Of a DNA stretch of 64,000 bases, positions 60,652 through 64,000 are shown piece after piece. This stretch comes from Ructibacterium sp. (GTDB taxonomy: Bacteria > Bacillota > Clostridia > Monoglobales > Monoglobaceae): NCBI GenBank assembly GCA_045649245.1, contig JAZRPL010000133.1, forward strand, positions 17,323-81,322, given 5' to 3'. The position numbers and the translations under genes are program-made. The stretch's first letter is position 1, and each line of letters begins with the position of its first letter. A model generated the notes under the pieces. The model ran no database searches. It was not told where the DNA came from and saw only the letters and a list, made by a program, of their open reading frames with translations.

Positions 60652-63600
60652 TTACACCTGATGCTGGCAAATGCCGTAATAGGCACAATATTGGCAAGCA
60701 TCGTGCTTATAGGTGCGATAAGGATGTGCTCCGATATTGCCGTCGGCAATTCCCTGCGCGGATTCTTGAATCTTTTGATTGGCTGCGGCCATGCGTTCCC
60801 TAAGTTCCTTGGCCGTTACCAGAGTCGTCTTTTCTTTAGGAAGAAAAGCATCTGAATTATCCGGTGTATAGGCGCTGACGATGTCGGCGTCGTTTACAAT
60901 CCAGCCTTTGGGCTTCATTTTTTTGTCAATGGCCAGTTCCAGATCGCCCCGGATATCCGATTCCGGAATGATGGGGTCGTTCATCTGCAGATAGAACATA
61001 GCAGCAGGGGCGGCATTTTCTAATTGATTACAAAGGGCGTTGGAATATAACAACGGCTGTAATACAATACCGTCTTTTGCCAGGGTGACATCCAAATCCT
61101 TGGCAGAGGATTTATAATCGACAATACTGACCAAGGTTTTGCCGTTTTGTTTGGCAACATCTGCCCGATCAATAATGCCGCGGATTTTGGCAATCTCCTC
61201 TCCGGATGCAGATTTAACGGAGAGGGCAGGAATCGTCCCCTTGGTGCCGATGGTTAATTCAAAACCGTAAGGTTGGAAGCTGCTGGAGCGGTAGAATTTA
61301 ACCACTTCCCAGGCGGTCCGTGCCGCAATGTTCTTCATTCTAAGAACAATATATTGGTAATAGGAAGAGGCTTCAAAAAGTGCGCTGCTATTTGCTTTGG
61401 CCTCTTTTTCAATGGCATCGCCAATATCCCGGAAACAATCCTCTTTTTGGATAGCCGCAAAGTCGGCACCCCTTTGTTTCAGTTTGGTAAAGTATTGATA
61501 GAGGGCGGCGTGCTGAATGCTTCCCATGCTGCGAGGTTCAATACCGGCCAGTTCCCGTTCCCGTACCAACAGACCATAGGTCAAAAAGTATCGAAACGCA
61601 CAGGCATTATAGGTTTCCAGTTGGGAGGCACTGAGCCGTAACGGTGCGCCATAGAGTTGCTCTGCCATTTGGGTAGAAATCATCTCCGGCGGAGGGGCGG
61701 TCATAGATTCTATTAATTGCGACAGCGGTTGTTGATAGGAAGGAGATTGGGCAAACCATTGATATAACTCTTGCAAGGGCGGGGCGAGCCGGTGGGGCGC
61801 ACCGCCGCATTCTGCCAGCGCAGATGCCAACAGAGAAAAGGCGCCGGAACTGCCCTCTGTGCCGGATAAGGGATCTGACGATGTATCCGGGTTTATGGTC
61901 TGTAAGGATGGAAACAGTTCCTGCAATCGTTTTAGGATGCCGGAAGGTTGTTGCGGATTTCCGTCATTGTCATAAAGGGAGCGGAAGAGAAAAAGATGTT
62001 TTGTGGGGGCAGAAAGCACAGCATAGAGGAGCAGTTGTTCTTCCCGGCGTTTGCTTTCCATCCCGGGTGCCATTTCTAATCCCATTTGTTGCAGGATATA
62101 CCGCTCCCTGTCGGAAAGAAATCCTTCATTGTTATAACCCTTGGGGAAGATGCCGTCGTTGAGGTCCAAAACCAAAACGACTTTGGCTCCATTGCTGCGA
62201 AATCGATCAATTTGGCTAAAGACAACCGAATCAAGCGTTTGCGGGATCTGTCCCACTTCGGCTCCCATACAAGTTTCTTCAAAGAGTTCTGCAAACCGCC
62301 GATAGGTCATGGGGGTTTCTCCCATGATGGCGGCAAGTTGTGCAAGAATAGACAGGGCGGCATTCCAGACCTGCTGATATTCGTTGGCCAGGGATGGATT
62401 GCCGGCATCCAATGCTCTCTGTGCCAAGGTAGTCATTTGCGTTGCCAGTTCGCTTTCCTTGAGCCAATCCAGCAGGGCGGCGGAAATTTGACCCCCGGTT
62501 TTTCTGCCGGAGATGGCAGTTTGGATTTTTTTCACACCAGAGAGCAGGGTGTCTTTGGTACGGTTGATTTGTTCCAGATCAAAGTTACCCCGGGCAGGGA
62601 GATATTCCCAGACAGAGGCCTGCCACATGGCGTGGGTAGGTGCCGTTGCAAGAAGGTAGTTCTCCAGTTGATCCACCTCATCCCGGGACAGAGGAAAGAG
62701 TTCGGTTCTGGCAATAGTCATGATGCGTTCGTAGGAATGGCCGTAGGCCAGGATTTCCAAGATGCCCGAGAGTAGACGGATGAGAGGTTTTGCTACAATG
62801 TTTTGCCGTGCATCCAGAAACACCCCAATGCCGCGGCGGGCAAAGATTGCGGGCAGAGTGCGGATATAGGGTTCGGTATTGCGGGCTAAAATCAGAAAAT
62901 CCCGAAAACGATAGTCTTCTGTGCGGCAAAGCCGCAGAATCAGGTCAGCCGCCGCTTCTATTTCCCGGTGGCGGTTTTGGACTTCAAAGATTCCCACCCC
63001 ATCCTGATCCGAGGCCCATGGCTGGGCACGGAAGTCAAAATACTGTTGCTGTAGATAGGACAGGGGGTCTTCTGCTTTCAGAGGAGTAAGACAAAGGACA
63101 GGTCCTTCTTCGATGTCTTCGGTTTCGGCGGTTTTTCGCAGTTGTCGCAAGGTATTGTCAACGGGGGAAAAGAGACCGCCATAGGTGGGATTGTCGCTGT
63201 AATCTAAGGCGACGGTCACATCCAAACGATGCATTAACTGACCTAAGACGCGGTGTTCCACCGGTGTAAAGGTGCGAAAATGTAGGACAAATAACTTGCC
63301 TTCTAAAAAGGTGCAATTTCGTAATTTAGGATAGACGAGGGAAAGGTTGTCCTCGGCATCGGCGTGGTGGACTTCGATCAGTTGGTTGTAGGTTTCAAAA
63401 AGCAAAGAAAGGTCGTCCAATTTAGCAGACAAATCCGAATTTTCGGTGTGTTCTGCGGCAAAACGTAATGCCTGCGGGGAAATGCCGTAGCGTTTACATT
63501 CCGAAATAGTGTCTGCTAAAATTTGTGCAAACCCTTTTTGCCGAAGATTTTGACGAAGATGGGTCAGTTTTTCGCCCATCAATTCGAGGGCCTGGGCCGT

Positions 63601-63873
63601 AATAATATGCTTGCCGGCACCATCAATATATTGCATTCGCAAAGGGCCCATATGATGCAAGATCAGGTTGCAGAGTCGGGAAAAACTCAGCACCTTAATC
63701 TTTTTTTGAGAAGGCAGACCAAAACGATGCAGGAGTTCTTTCTCGGTAAATAAGGAAAATTGCTCCGGTACCAGAATCCAAGATTGCAATCCGGCGTCCA
63801 GACGGGTTTGTAATTCTCGGTAGATTTGTTCGGTTTTTCCGGAGCGGGACGGACCCAGCAGGAACTGTAACAT
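60652..63873 (-). CDS. addB: ATP-dependent helicase/nuclease subunit B
   Basis: GPSRSGKT, ILVPEQFS, LSASQLETYNAC, GIIDRAD..DYKS, CQYC..IC Fe-S cysteines. Confidence 0.92.
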   Translation of the reverse strand: MLQFLLGPSRSGKTEQIYRELQTRLDAGLQSWILVPEQFSLFTEKELLHRFGLPSQKKIKVLSFSRLCNLILHHMGPLRMQYIDGAGKHIITAQALELMGEKLTHLRQNLRQKGFAQILADTISECKRYGISPQALRFAAEHTENSDLSAKLDDLSLLFETYNQLIEVHHADAEDNLSLVYPKLRNCTFLEGKLFVLHFRTFTPVEHRVLGQLMHRLDVTVALDYSDNPTYGGLFSPVDNTLRQLRKTAETEDIEEGPVLCLTPLKAEDPLSYLQQQYFDFRAQPWASDQDGVGIFEVQNRHREIEAAADLILRLCRTEDYRFRDFLILARNTEPYIRTLPAIFARRGIGVFLDARQNIVAKPLIRLLSGILEILAYGHSYERIMTIARTELFPLSRDEVDQLENYLLATAPTHAMWQASVWEYLPARGNFDLEQINRTKDTLLSGVKKIQTAISGRKTGGQISAALLDWLKESELATQMTTLAQRALDAGNPSLANEYQQVWNAALSILAQLAAIMGETPMTYRRFAELFEETCMGAEVGQIPQTLDSVVFSQIDRFRSNGAKVVLVLDLNDGIFPKGYNNEGFLSDRERYILQQMGLEMAPGMESKRREEQLLLYAVLSAPTKHLFLFRSLYDNDGNPQQPSGILKRLQELFPSLQTINPDTSSDPLSGTEGSSGAFSLLASALAECGGAPHRLAPPLQELYQWFAQSPSYQQPLSQLIESMTAPPPEMISTQMAEQLYGAPLRLSASQLETYNACAFRYFLTYGLLVRERELAGIEPRSMGSIQHAALYQYFTKLKQRGADFAAIQKEDCFRDIGDAIEKEAKANSSALFEASSYYQYIVLRMKNIAARTAWEVVKFYRSSSFQPYGFELTIGTKGTIPALSVKSASGEEIAKIRGIIDRADVAKQNGKTLVSIVDYKSSAKDLDVTLAKDGIVLQPLLYSNALCNQLENAAPAAMFYLQMNDPIIPESDIRGDLELAIDKKMKPKGWIVNDADIVSAYTPDNSDAFLPKEKTTLVTAKELRERMAAANQKIQESAQGIADGNIGAHPYRTYKHDACQYCAYYGICQHQV

Positions 63874-64000
63874 GGCGTTCACCTTCTTTGCATTAAAATA
63901 TCAGAGAGTTTTTAAAATGATTCAGATGCTATCTGTATCCACTGCTTACAATGTATAGACGGTACTTAGGAAACGTGACGGCACAACGTCTATCTTTAAA

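Noticed and set aside
60585-60855. Small plus-strand ORFs of 72 and 70 aa
   Set aside because: Antisense to addB or starting inside the repeat hairpin

Overview
Core-genome window from a spore-forming anaerobic Clostridia-class bacterium (inferred from spmAB, ger, abrB, a bofC-like gene, fhs, rubredoxin and SLH proteins). In order it holds: rsmI and a YabB-like methyltransferase; a YabE-like wall hydrolase; a methyltransferase-ecfA1A2T-truA-DUF5711-cvpA run; asnA-fhs-mnmG; cidA/lrgB; an SLH amidase; a U32 protein; a large SLH protein and an LCP; the S10-spc-alpha ribosomal cluster (24.6-41.0 kb); an SGNH hydrolase; FHA-rodA-pbpA; tRNA-Thr; gerA plus a fused gerB-gerC; abrB; spmAB; glyQS-yaaO-holB-yaaT; PBP1A; rubredoxin; addB. 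No CRISPR, prophage or intact transposase was seen. The best novelty candidate is a 91-aa monocistronic protein (60209-60484) carrying only the glycyl-radical tail of class III ribonucleotide reductase behind tandem NrdR boxes. It may be a YfiD/GrcA-like spare part for NrdD. Other notable features are the GerB-GerC fusion, two miniature IS200-like elements (one with a nested cruciform repeat), and long structured spacers in the ribosomal operon. All calls come from reading the sequence; no searches or folding programs were run.
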